Made by a program: the position numbers and the translations under genes
In this document: positions 1 through 10,764 of the stretch, piece after piece
How the letters are laid out: the number at the start of each line of letters is the position of its first letter
Position numbering within the stretch: position 1 is the first letter of the stretch
Assembly (NCBI GenBank): GCA_965248635.1
Contig: OZ252114.1
Coordinates: 1,365,838 to 1,429,837, forward strand
DNA length: 64,000 nucleotides
Reading direction: 5' to 3'
From: Acidobacteriota bacterium
Lineage (GTDB): Bacteria; Acidobacteriota; UBA6911; RPQK01; CBDAPI01
Notes under the pieces: generated by a model
What the model was told of the DNA's origin: nothing
Seen by the model: only the letters and a program-made list of their open reading frames with translations
Database searches by the model: none

Positions 1-6
1 GGGAGT

Positions 7-1994
<1,988 letters not shown>

Positions 1995-2081
1995 CTTGAA
2001 TCACTCCTCCTTACATTCATCCTTGGTTGTTCTACTGATTCATGGAATACCCGGGCTCGATCCGATGCCCGAGCTAAGTGT

Positions 2082-2108
2082 TTAGCACTCCTGATACTCG
2101 AGTGCCAA
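2082..2108. promoter_or_regulatory. CIRCE element (HrcA operator) upstream of groES-groEL
   Basis: TTAGCACTC-N9-GAGTGCCAA, one mismatch from consensus TTAGCACTC-N9-GAGTGCTAA. Located about 90 nt upstream of the groES start. Confidence 0.85.
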
Positions 2109-2258
2109 ATATAGCAAGAGGTCTCCCCCGGTGTCAACGCATCGCGTTCCTCGGTCCCGGTTCCTGGTTCCTGGTTATTTGAAATGTCCTTTTCTTTCGT
2201 TACACTCGAAGTCTTTGGTCATAGGTGAATTGGATTTTCTGTCGAGAGAGATGGTGAA

Positions 2259-3146
2259 ATGAGAACACTTGAGTTGTCCGGAGTCGACAAGATCTGCAGT
2301 GGCAAGGTTCGGGAGATGTTCGCGGTGGGAGCCGATCGCATCCTGATGGTGGCAACCGATCGAATCTCCGCCTTTGACGTGATCCTGCCCAAGACGGTTC
2401 CCCACAAAGGCAAGATCTTGAATCAGATCTCGGCCTTCTGGTTCGAGCGCACCAAGGACATCGTGTCCAACCATCTGGTGTCAACCGCTGTGGAGTCGTT
2501 TCCTCAACCACTTCCTCAGTACGCCCGCGAGTTACAGGGCCGTTCTTCCCTGGTCAAGCGTTGCGAGCCTCTCCCCATTGAGTGTGTGGTTCGCGGTTAC
2601 CTGGCTGGCTCTGGATGGAAAGACTACCAGCAGACAGGCGGAGTTTGTGGGATCCAGTTGCCGAAGAACCTCCGGGAGTCGGATCGATTGCCCCGCTCCA
2701 TCTTCACTCCGGCAACCAAAGCCCAGGAAGGTCACGACATCAATATTTCCTTTGATGAGGCGGTCGAGATTGTTGGCCGCGACGTGGCCGATCAGGTGCG
2801 GCGCTTCAGTCTCGAGCTGTACAAATGGGGCAGCGCCTATGCTCGCGAGCGGGGAATCATCATTTGCGACACGAAGTTCGAATTCGGTCGAATTGGGTCT
2901 GAGCTCTTTCTGATCGACGAAGTGCTCACCCCCGATTCGTCCCGCTTTTGGCCGCTGGACGAGTACTCTCCGGGAACGTCGCAACCTTCCTTTGACAAAC
3001 AGTTCATACGCGACTATCTGGAAACACTGGACTGGGACAAGAAGGCTCCGGGACCGGACTTGCCCGCAAAGATCATCGAGGCCTCTTCCGAACGGTACCA
3101 GCAGGCCTTCCGCATGCTGACCGAAGAGGAGCCTCAGCTGGACTGA
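2259..3146 (+). CDS. purC: Phosphoribosylaminoimidazole-succinocarboxamide synthase (SAICAR synthetase)
   Basis: 295 aa with PurC hallmarks (GKVRE...DRISAFD, C-terminal domain). Confidence 0.9.
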   Translation: MRTLELSGVDKICSGKVREMFAVGADRILMVATDRISAFDVILPKTVPHKGKILNQISAFWFERTKDIVSNHLVSTAVESFPQPLPQYARELQGRSSLVKRCEPLPIECVVRGYLAGSGWKDYQQTGGVCGIQLPKNLRESDRLPRSIFTPATKAQEGHDINISFDEAVEIVGRDVADQVRRFSLELYKWGSAYARERGIIICDTKFEFGRIGSELFLIDEVLTPDSSRFWPLDEYSPGTSQPSFDKQFIRDYLETLDWDKKAPGPDLPAKIIEASSERYQQAFRMLTEEEPQLD

Positions 3147-3149
3147 ATC

Positions 3150-3716
3150 GTGGCTGATGGCGTGACCATTCTGGATATTGCGGCGGTCCTCATCGTGATC
3201 GTTTCCGTCGCCACTGCGGCCCTCAAAGGCTTCGCTGCCGAACTGATTTCCCTGGCCAGCGTGGTGGCCGGACTGATCCTGGCTTTCGCCTTTTACGATC
3301 GCCTGGCGGCCCTACTTTTGGATCTTGGGGCCGGTGAATCCCTGGCCCTGCTGGGTGGGTTCTTGCTCATCTTTGCCGCCGTTGTGGTCCTGGGCATTAT
3401 GACGACGAGAGTGGTCTTGAAGACCCTGAGGCTTTTCTACCTGAGATGGGCGGATCGGTTGCTGGGGGGGCTATTCGGAGTGTTGCGCGGCTGGCTGGTC
3501 GTGGCCGTCATTTTTCTGGCCATGACGGCCTTTCCGGTGACGGGCAACCTGGTGGCCGATTCGATCTCGGGAGAGTTCTTCTTGACCAGTGCCGGTATCG
3601 TGATCCGTTTCGCACCGGAGGAGCTTCAGGAGAGGTTTTCAAAGGAGTACCAGCGCATCTATCAATTGTGGCTCGAGAAGACCCGGCAGGAGCACCACAC
3701 CCGAGACAAAGGCTGA
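3150..3716 (+). CDS. cvpA: CvpA-family membrane protein (colicin V production protein homolog)
   Basis: 188-aa polytopic membrane protein with CvpA-like N-terminal helices. GTG start 4 nt after the purC stop. Confidence 0.7.
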   Translation: MADGVTILDIAAVLIVIVSVATAALKGFAAELISLASVVAGLILAFAFYDRLAALLLDLGAGESLALLGGFLLIFAAVVVLGIMTTRVVLKTLRLFYLRWADRLLGGLFGVLRGWLVVAVIFLAMTAFPVTGNLVADSISGEFFLTSAGIVIRFAPEELQERFSKEYQRIYQLWLEKTRQEHHTRDKG

Positions 3717-3745
3717 GGTTCAGGAACTCGAAAGGGAGCCCCCGA

Positions 3746-3964
3746 ATGATCAAGGACGTGCTCGAGAAAGTCATCGACGAGATGGTGTCCAAGGGAATCC
3801 TCTGGCATGAGGCGGAAGCTGAGTTCGAGAAGCTGTTTATCACCCGGGTTCTCCGCGAGAGCCGGGGGAATCTGAGCAAGACTGCGGAGGTGATGGACCT
3901 TCATCGCAACACGCTTTCCAAGAAGGTACGGCTCTATTCACTCGACACCCCGGATTTTCGTTGA
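3746..3964 (+). CDS. Small Fis-family helix-turn-helix DNA-binding protein
   Basis: 72 aa starting at an ATG preceded by AAAGGGAG. The C-terminal RNTLSKKVRLY... sequence matches the Fis/NtrC-type HTH. The long 3446..3964 track ORF is an upstream out-of-frame extension. Confidence 0.6.
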   Translation: MIKDVLEKVIDEMVSKGILWHEAEAEFEKLFITRVLRESRGNLSKTAEVMDLHRNTLSKKVRLYSLDTPDFR

Positions 3965-4000
3965 TTTTGCAATTCCAGATTCCAGATTCCAGACAGAAAT

Positions 4001-5632
4001 GTGGGAGGCACCTTGGGGCGGCAACCGGTGTACCTGAAGATCTTAAGGGATAGACGCCTCCTATTGCCCTCCATCGGCCTCACCTTGTACGTCGTGTACT
4101 TTCTGAATCTGGGCGACATGGCTTTTCTGGGAGCGGATGAGCCTCGATACGCTCGTATTAGCGAAGAGATGCTCCGGACCGCCGACTTGGTCACCCCGAC
4201 CCTCGATTCCCGGCCCTGGATGGAAAAGCCTCCGCTGCTGTTCTGGATGGGAGCCCTCAGCTTTGGCCTCTTCGGTGTCTCCGAGGCTGCGGCAAGATTT
4301 CCAGTGGCGTTGCTGGGCCTCGTCGCCGCCTTCGGCTCCAGCTACCTGCTCTATCGCGTGCAGGGCAGGCGGGCTGCTCTGCTGGGCCTGCTGATTCTCT
4401 CTACCAGCCCCCTCTTCTTCGTTTACTCTCGTGCCGCCAGCACGGATATGCCTCTGGTGGCCCTGCTGACCCTCTCCCTGATCTGCGCCTTTCAGGCAGT
4501 CACGACGGGGCGCCTGTCCTGGGCACAGGTGGCGGGTGCCGCACTGGGTCTGGCCGCGCTGGCCAAGGGGCCGGTGGCGCTGCTGCTGGGCTTCGGAGTG
4601 CTGCTGGGATTCCGGGCTTTCCGGAGGAGGCCTTTCTGCAGCGCCCTGCAGCTGACCGGCGGACTCTTGACCCTGTCCGTCGTCACGGTGCCCTGGTTCT
4701 GGCTGATGTGGAAGGCCAACGGGTACAACTTTCTGGCGACCTTTGTGCTGAACCACCACCTGGCCCGCTATCTCACGAATCTTCACCACCACGCTGAGCC
4801 GTTCTGGTTCTTCCTGCCCGTCCTGTTGCTGGGGGCATTCCCCTGGGTTCTGTTTCTCGGCTCCAGCATTCTGCGGATATGGAGGAGGCCGGACTCCCTG
4901 TTCTCGGAACTCAGCGGGTTGCAACTCTACCTGTGGCTCTGGGTGGCGCTTCCCTTTCTTTTCTTTTCCTGCAGCGAGAGCAAGCTGGTCGGCTACATTC
5001 TTCCTGCGCTTCCGCCTTTGTCCATGCTCGTCGCACTGGAGTGGGATCGGCTCTTATCCTCAGAATTGACTGCGCTCAGGATGCTCCGGCTTGAGCTCGC
5101 GCTAGTGTCTGCGGCGGCCGTGGTGATGGGCATGACTCTTCTGATCGGTGCCCGAATCTACTATGAGTCTTCCTGGAGCGGCTTTCTTCTGGGGGCACCG
5201 CTCCTGGCCACCGGGGTCCTGGTCCACTGGCCATTTCGAGGCTACCCATTGAGGAAGGTGTTTGGAATCCTGGTGGGCGGCATGGTTACTTTTGTAGGGA
5301 TTGCCTACTGGCAGTTTGCCCCTGAATTATCCAGGTTTCATTCCTCCAAGACCCTGGTGGTCGAAGCCCGCCCCAGGATCTCGCAGGACGAGCCGATCAT
5401 TTTCTATCGTTTCTTTCACCACACTGCCCTTTACTACTCCGGCTACCAGGCTCTGCCCGAGCCTATCGAGAACCTGGAGAGTCTCAACGCCTATTTTCGG
5501 GACCACCCGCAGGACAGTTATCTGGTGCTGACCCAGAAAGACGGATTCAGGGAACTCAGGGCGAAGCTCGGGGTCAGTCAGTTCCGAGCCGAGGGAAACC
5601 AGTTTCTGCTGGAAGTTGAGTCCCAGGAATAA
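4001..5632 (+). CDS. Glycosyltransferase family 39 (ArnT/PMT-like) membrane protein
   Basis: 543 aa, many TM helices, DEPRYA-type motif near the N-terminus (GADEPRYARISEEM). The true start may be an internal Met; GTG start in the track. Confidence 0.7.
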   Translation: MGGTLGRQPVYLKILRDRRLLLPSIGLTLYVVYFLNLGDMAFLGADEPRYARISEEMLRTADLVTPTLDSRPWMEKPPLLFWMGALSFGLFGVSEAAARFPVALLGLVAAFGSSYLLYRVQGRRAALLGLLILSTSPLFFVYSRAASTDMPLVALLTLSLICAFQAVTTGRLSWAQVAGAALGLAALAKGPVALLLGFGVLLGFRAFRRRPFCSALQLTGGLLTLSVVTVPWFWLMWKANGYNFLATFVLNHHLARYLTNLHHHAEPFWFFLPVLLLGAFPWVLFLGSSILRIWRRPDSLFSELSGLQLYLWLWVALPFLFFSCSESKLVGYILPALPPLSMLVALEWDRLLSSELTALRMLRLELALVSAAAVVMGMTLLIGARIYYESSWSGFLLGAPLLATGVLVHWPFRGYPLRKVFGILVGGMVTFVGIAYWQFAPELSRFHSSKTLVVEARPRISQDEPIIFYRFFHHTALYYSGYQALPEPIENLESLNAYFRDHPQDSYLVLTQKDGFRELRAKLGVSQFRAEGNQFLLEVESQE

Positions 5633-5660
5633 GAAGTACTAAGATCAAGCTTTTCGTACC

Positions 5661-7070
5661 ATGGCACTTCGTCTCTTCAACACTTTGACTCAGCGCGTGG
5701 AGGAATTTGCTCCGCTCCAGGATCAGAGTGTCAGCATGTACACCTGCGGCCCGACCGTCTACCACTACGTTCACATTGGCAACTTGAGGACCTTTGTTTT
5801 CCAGGACATTCTGCGCCGCTACCTGCTTTACAAAGGTTACAAACTCAACCACGTCATGAACATTACCGATGTGGAAGACAAGATCATCACCGCAGCCGCG
5901 GAGCAGGGGCTGGAGCTCAGCGACTACACGAGGACCTACATCGAGGCCTTCCTGGAAGACATGGAGGCTTTGCGAATCCAGCGCCCGGACCTCATGCCCA
6001 GGGCAACCGACCATATTCCGGAAATGCTCGAGCTGATCGATCGTCTCAGTGGCCAGGGACTCACTTACGAGCGCGAAGGGTCTATCTACTTTCGGATCGA
6101 TCGTTTCCCGGACTACGGGAAGCTCTCCCGAATCGATCCGCAGGAGCTCACCTCCGGGGGGCGCCAGGACGCTGACGAATACAGCAAGGAAAACCCCAGA
6201 GATTTTGTTCTTTGGAAGATGGGCAAGCCGGGAGAAGCGTTCTGGGACTCTGATCTGGGACCGGGCCGGCCCGGCTGGCACCTCGAATGCTCCACCATGA
6301 GCATGAAGTATCTGGGGGAGAGCTTCGATATCCACTGCGGCGGTGTCGACCTGGTCTTTCCCCATCATGAGAACGAGATTGCCCAGAGCGAAGGAGCTAC
6401 CGGAAACCCCTTCGTCAAGTACTGGATCCACGGCGCTCATCTGGTCGTGGACGGAGAGAAGATGTCGAAGTCGAAGGGCAACTTCTACACGCTTCGCGAC
6501 CTGCTGGAGAAGGGTTACAGTCCCCTGGCCATACGCTACCTGCTTTCGTCTGTGCGCTATCGGACACAGCTCAACTTCACCTTTGATGGACTTGTACAGG
6601 CGGCCGGAGCTGTGGAGAGAGCCAACAACTTTCTGCAGAAAGTGAGAGAGATTCCGGCAGATCGCCTCGGAGACGAACGGGTTCAGGAGCAGATCCATGA
6701 GGCCCGGCAGGGCTTCGAGAGCGGATTGGACAGTGACCTGAACACGGCTGAGGCTCTGGGAGCCCTGTTTACACTGATTCGTCAGGCCAACCCGCTGCTG
6801 GAAGAGGCGTCTGTAGGCGCGGGACAGAAAGATGAGATCCTCGAGTTGTTCAGGGATGCCAACCGTGTCTTTGACGTGTTTGAAGTGGAAGGGAATCGAC
6901 TCGAAGATGAAACGGTTCAGGCACTGATCAACGAGCGCGAGGAGGCTCGAGGGAGACGGGACTATATTCGGTCAGACGAGATTCGCGACCAGCTGGCCGA
7001 GCAGGCCATCATCCTGGAGGATACGGCTGAAGGGACCCGATGGAAAAGGGCATCCATCCCTCGAATGTGA
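5661..7070 (+). CDS. cysS: Cysteine--tRNA ligase
   Basis: 469 aa with HIGN-like (VHIGN) and KMSKS motifs; class I aaRS. Confidence 0.95.
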   Translation: MALRLFNTLTQRVEEFAPLQDQSVSMYTCGPTVYHYVHIGNLRTFVFQDILRRYLLYKGYKLNHVMNITDVEDKIITAAAEQGLELSDYTRTYIEAFLEDMEALRIQRPDLMPRATDHIPEMLELIDRLSGQGLTYEREGSIYFRIDRFPDYGKLSRIDPQELTSGGRQDADEYSKENPRDFVLWKMGKPGEAFWDSDLGPGRPGWHLECSTMSMKYLGESFDIHCGGVDLVFPHHENEIAQSEGATGNPFVKYWIHGAHLVVDGEKMSKSKGNFYTLRDLLEKGYSPLAIRYLLSSVRYRTQLNFTFDGLVQAAGAVERANNFLQKVREIPADRLGDERVQEQIHEARQGFESGLDSDLNTAEALGALFTLIRQANPLLEEASVGAGQKDEILELFRDANRVFDVFEVEGNRLEDETVQALINEREEARGRRDYIRSDEIRDQLAEQAIILEDTAEGTRWKRASIPRM

Positions 7071-8356
7071 GAGAGGTTTTGGGCCGTCACATCCTGGCCG
7101 ACGGTCTGGACATTGTTTTCGACCTGGAGCGAAGTCGCGGGTCAAGGATCTACGATGCCAAGGCGGGCGATTTCTACCTGGACTTTTTCTCCTGCTTTGC
7201 GACGGTTCCTCTCGGCTACAACCATCCCCGCCTGACGACCCGGGAGACGATCCAGGAACTGGGCCGGGCGGCGGTGCAAAAGCCCTCCAATTCTGACGCT
7301 TACACGCCCGAGATGGCCGCCTTTGTCGACACCTTCAGTCGCCTTAGTGTTCCGCAAAGCATGCCCCACATGTTCCTGATTGAAGGGGGCGCCGTGGCCG
7401 TCGAGAATGCCCTGAAGGTCTCCTTCGACTGGAAGGTACGAAAGAACCTGGCCGCGGGAAAGGGCGAAAAAGGGAGCCAGGTGATTCATTTCGAAGACGC
7501 CTTCCACGGGCGCTCCGGGTACACCCTCTCCCTCACCAACACGGATCCGATCAAGACGGACTATTTTCCCAAATTCGACTGGCCTCGAATCAGCAATGCG
7601 AAATGTGTCTTTCCATTGGTAGGGGAGAATCTGGAGAGGGTAATGGCGGCGGAAGAAGAGGCTCTGAATCAGATCCGGACCGTGCTGGACGCGAGCGGGG
7701 AAGATGTGGCCTGCCTGATCATCGAACCCATCCAGTGTGAGGGGGGAGATCGCCATTTCCGGCCCGAATTCCACCGGGCCTTGCGCCGCATCTGCGATCA
7801 GTACGACATCCTCTTCATTTATGACGAAGTTCAGACTGGCTTCGGTATGACGGGCAGGATGTGGGCTTTTGAGCATTTTGTCGAGCCGGACATTGTAACC
7901 TTCGGGAAAAAGTCGCAGGTTTGTGGACTCATCGCCGGAAAGCGGATCGATGAAGTCCCCGACAACGTGTTCAAAGTGTCGAGTCGTCTGAATTCAACCT
8001 GGGGTGGGAACCTGGTCGATATGGTCCGCTCCCGGATCCACATGGAAATCTTTGACGAGGAGAACACCTTCAACCACGTTCGCGCCATGGGAGACATACT
8101 GCTCGGGCAAATCCGGCAATTGCAGGCGGACTATCCTGACAAGGTGAGCAACGCCCGGGGATTGGGACTTCTCTGTGCGCTCGACCTTCCCGATCAGGAA
8201 ACCCGGAATCAACTGGTCAGAGACCTGTTCCAACGCCGTCTCATCATTCTGGGATGCGGTACGCGTTCGATTCGCTTCCGGACCAGCCTGAACATTCCGG
8301 AGAAGGATCTGAGGGAAGGTCTCTCCATCATCCGCGATGCCGTCCGCGCCCTGTGA
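7040..8356 (+). CDS. lat: Class-III aminotransferase, L-lysine 6-transaminase (Lat) homolog
   Basis: 438 aa. Blocks HILADGLDIVFDL, KPSNSDAYT, GGAVAVENALK, FDWPRI, EPIQCEGGDRHFRPEF, DEVQTGFGMTGRMWAF and SRLNSTWGGNL match lysine epsilon-aminotransferase. Overlaps the cysS end by 31 nt. Confidence 0.85.
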   Translation: MEKGIHPSNVREVLGRHILADGLDIVFDLERSRGSRIYDAKAGDFYLDFFSCFATVPLGYNHPRLTTRETIQELGRAAVQKPSNSDAYTPEMAAFVDTFSRLSVPQSMPHMFLIEGGAVAVENALKVSFDWKVRKNLAAGKGEKGSQVIHFEDAFHGRSGYTLSLTNTDPIKTDYFPKFDWPRISNAKCVFPLVGENLERVMAAEEEALNQIRTVLDASGEDVACLIIEPIQCEGGDRHFRPEFHRALRRICDQYDILFIYDEVQTGFGMTGRMWAFEHFVEPDIVTFGKKSQVCGLIAGKRIDEVPDNVFKVSSRLNSTWGGNLVDMVRSRIHMEIFDEENTFNHVRAMGDILLGQIRQLQADYPDKVSNARGLGLLCALDLPDQETRNQLVRDLFQRRLIILGCGTRSIRFRTSLNIPEKDLREGLSIIRDAVRAL

Positions 8357-8357
8357 G

Positions 8358-8435
8358 TGCGCGCTCATTGCCATTCGCGCCGTTCCACGTTCCACGTTCC
8401 CCGTTCCCCGTTCCACGTTCCGCGTCCACGCTTCG
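8358..8435. repeat. Composite intergenic repeat: GC-rich box (GCGCGCTCATTGCCATTCGCGCC) plus tandem GTTCCAC-type heptamers
   Basis: GTTCCAC GTTCCAC GTTCCCC GTTCCCC GTTCCAC GTTCCGC read directly after the lat stop. The box resembles the copies at 45502 and 61518. Confidence 0.8.
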
Positions 8436-8456
8436 CCCGCCCGTGAGGAACTGGAA

Positions 8457-8834
8457 TCATCGAACGACTCTCTCGGGCAGGATGTAATGGGTTAACTCGA
8501 AATCTTTGCGGTTGGCCGTTTCGATGGCGATCAGGTCGAGCCGAAACGGGACATCCATCAGGGAATGTCGGCGACAGAAGGAAAGCGCCAGGTATTCCAT
8601 CTTCCTCCCTTTTCTGGAGCTGAAGTTGTGCTGGGCGGACCGGTCCCCTGCGGGCTTCAGCCGTCTGGTCTTGACCTCCGCGAACACGAGATAGGGGCCA
8701 TCGTAAGCAATCAGGTCAACCTCCCCCTGCCGGCTCCGCCAGTTGCGGGCCACGATGTCCCAGCCGAGGCGTCGCAAGTGAACCAGGGCCAGCCACTCAC
8801 CCCATCTTCCCAGGGAGAGATCTGGGCTCTTCAT
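8457..8834 (-). CDS. yraN: YraN-family (UPF0102) endonuclease-like protein
   Basis: GE(V/I)DLIA..LVFVEVKTR motif. Start trimmed to the internal Met (MKSPDL...), giving about 125 aa typical of the family. The track ORF extends to 8936. Confidence 0.7.
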   Translation of the reverse strand: MKSPDLSLGRWGEWLALVHLRRLGWDIVARNWRSRQGEVDLIAYDGPYLVFAEVKTRRLKPAGDRSAQHNFSSRKGRKMEYLALSFCRRHSLMDVPFRLDLIAIETANRKDFELTHYILPERVVR

Positions 8835-9004
8835 TCGAAGTCGGCGGTAGCCGGGCAAAGAACCTGTCCACCTCCAGCCCCCGGGTGTCTCTTCGGCGTC
8901 GTTCATCCACCGGTCATAAACGCCACAGCCGGACAAAAGTGCGAAGTGCTCGGTTCCTTACCGCTTGTGGGCGGGTCCTGAAGGTGGGCTGCTAGGATAG
9001 GCAG

Positions 9005-9457
9005 GTGACCCGGAAAGCATTCCTCCCAAGGGCCGGCCTCATCCTCGGGCTCACTGCCGGCTGCGGGCCCGCGGCGGACCTGGAGTCGCAGGGGGACATC
9101 GCATTTCAGAACCACTGCGCCCCCTGTCACCTGGCCGACGGGCACGGCGTCGAAGGCGGCGGCCCTCCCCTGGCAGACTCCTCCTGGGTCCAAGGCCCCG
9201 AGTCGCGGCTGATCCGGATCGTCCTTCACGGCCTGCGCGGCCCCATCGGCGTGGGCGAAAAGACCTACGACCGCGAAATGCTGGCCTTCGGGCCGATCCT
9301 GTCGGACCACGAGATCGCGGAGGTTCTCACTTTTGCTCGACGGAGGTTCGGAGCAGGAGCCGCTTCCATCACACCGGCAGCGGTGAGGCGGGTGCGGAGG
9401 GAGAGTGGAGACCGGTCGGACTACTGGAACGTCGAAGAACTGCTGCGCTTCCCCTGA
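9005..9457 (+). CDS. Class I c-type cytochrome (mono-heme), probable lipoprotein
   Basis: 150 aa, single CAPCH heme-binding motif, N-terminal signal/lipobox (LTAGC). GTG start. Confidence 0.75.
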   Translation: MTRKAFLPRAGLILGLTAGCGPAADLESQGDIAFQNHCAPCHLADGHGVEGGGPPLADSSWVQGPESRLIRIVLHGLRGPIGVGEKTYDREMLAFGPILSDHEIAEVLTFARRRFGAGAASITPAAVRRVRRESGDRSDYWNVEELLRFP

Positions 9458-10557
9458 CCGGCTAAACCGCTACCGCGGCCCAGGCCGAACTCGTTGCCCA
9501 TGTTCACGACCTTTCCGTCACGGAAGTGGACTTCGATGAACTTCGAGCTGCTCACGGGATTCCCGTTTTCGTCTTTTAGCGTGGCGATCTTCTTCTTGGT
9601 CTTCACATCGAAGACGTCGGGCGTATGACACCACGCGATCTTCCCGTCCAGACTGAAGTTGACCCATCCGTGCCCGCCCAGCGACAGCTCGACGTGGCCC
9701 TTCGGAGTCGGCGGCATCCTGGTGGCGTCAAAGATGAAGAGCTTCTGGCCGATCTGATCGCTGATCCAGAGCTCCGCTTCGTCCGGCGTCAGTCCGGCCC
9801 CGTGCGTGCGGTTGGGGATCGGCTCTTCGCCGGCCAGGACCCGGTGCAGCCGCTTCCCTTCCTTCAGATCCACGACTTCGAACCCGATGTGGCTCCCCAG
9901 GCAGACGAAGGCGATATCATTCTTGCTCTTTACGGTATAGGGGAACACGCCCTTCTCGCCGATGTCCTTGATCTGGCTGACCACCGACTCGTCTTTGGTG
10001 TCGAACATGGTCAGCATGGTTCGGGTGCCCAGGAAGACGTACCGCCCGTCCAGACTCACGATGCTGTTGTGGGCCTGGGGACCCACCTGAAGGCGCTTGA
10101 TGAGTTCGCCGGTTTCCCCGTCGACGAGGAGAAGCCCGCTGTCCTGGGCTGCGTACCACCACCCCGTCGGCACGTAGATTTTCTTCCCATCCGGAGTGAT
10201 CGCGGAGCGGTCGCAGCCGGCTTCGTAGGTCTTTTCCCAGACGGTGGTCTCCGTTTCGAGATCAAACCGGCCCAGTCTCCGGTTGGTCGTCGAGTAGAAG
10301 ACCGAGTGGGCGCTTAAAGTTCCCGTGAACCCGCGAATGCCTTCCTTGAAAATGGGAATGTCGATCCGCCGCACGAACTTGTGGTCGTCGTCGATGTCGA
10401 AGATCAGGATCCCGGTTGTTCCGGACCGGCCCTCTGTCTGAGCGCCGTCCGGATTGCTCAGGTAAAGGTATCGCAGGGTTTCCGATTGCGCGACGGCGGC
10501 CGAGGCGAGCACCAGGAATACGGCGGCGAACGAAAGGAGTGCCTTCATGATTCCCAT
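9421..10557 (-). CDS. Secreted beta-propeller repeat protein (YVTN/lactonase-like fold), function unknown
   Basis: 378 aa, N-terminal signal peptide, repeated blade-like segments. Its 3' end overlaps the convergent cytochrome c gene by 37 nt. Confidence 0.45.
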   Translation of the reverse strand: MGIMKALLSFAAVFLVLASAAVAQSETLRYLYLSNPDGAQTEGRSGTTGILIFDIDDDHKFVRRIDIPIFKEGIRGFTGTLSAHSVFYSTTNRRLGRFDLETETTVWEKTYEAGCDRSAITPDGKKIYVPTGWWYAAQDSGLLLVDGETGELIKRLQVGPQAHNSIVSLDGRYVFLGTRTMLTMFDTKDESVVSQIKDIGEKGVFPYTVKSKNDIAFVCLGSHIGFEVVDLKEGKRLHRVLAGEEPIPNRTHGAGLTPDEAELWISDQIGQKLFIFDATRMPPTPKGHVELSLGGHGWVNFSLDGKIAWCHTPDVFDVKTKKKIATLKDENGNPVSSSKFIEVHFRDGKVVNMGNEFGLGRGSGLAGQGKRSSSSTFQ

Positions 10558-10585
10558 CCGATGCCTGTCCTAAGAGTGCAAGAAG

Positions 10586-10660
<75 letters not shown>

Positions 10661-10764
10661 TCTTGCAAGAGGTCAATGTTAGAATCGCCCCTTGAATGGT
10701 GTCAAGCTCCCGCCGGGGCTCATCCTGACTGCAAAACGGGGGCAACCGGAGTAAGGTAAGTGAT

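Noticed and set aside
3446-3964. 172-aa ORF spanning the cvpA 3' region and the Fis-like gene
   Set aside because: The upstream 100 codons overlap cvpA out of frame and have no RBS. Only the last 72 codons (from the ATG at 3746 with an AAAGGGAG RBS) look genuine.
4061-4924. 287-aa ORF antisense to the GT39 glycosyltransferase gene
   Set aside because: Low-complexity Arg/Gly/Gln-rich translation, fully inside a well-supported gene on the other strand. A typical high-GC antisense artefact. The same applies to 5574..6698, 7142..7876, 13960..15051, 20005..20931, 32... and 60381..61679 in the track.
8381-8435. Short direct-repeat arrays considered as possible CRISPR arrays
   Set aside because: The repeat unit is only 7-8 nt with no unique spacers and no cas genes. 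These are microsatellite-like tandem repeats, not CRISPR.
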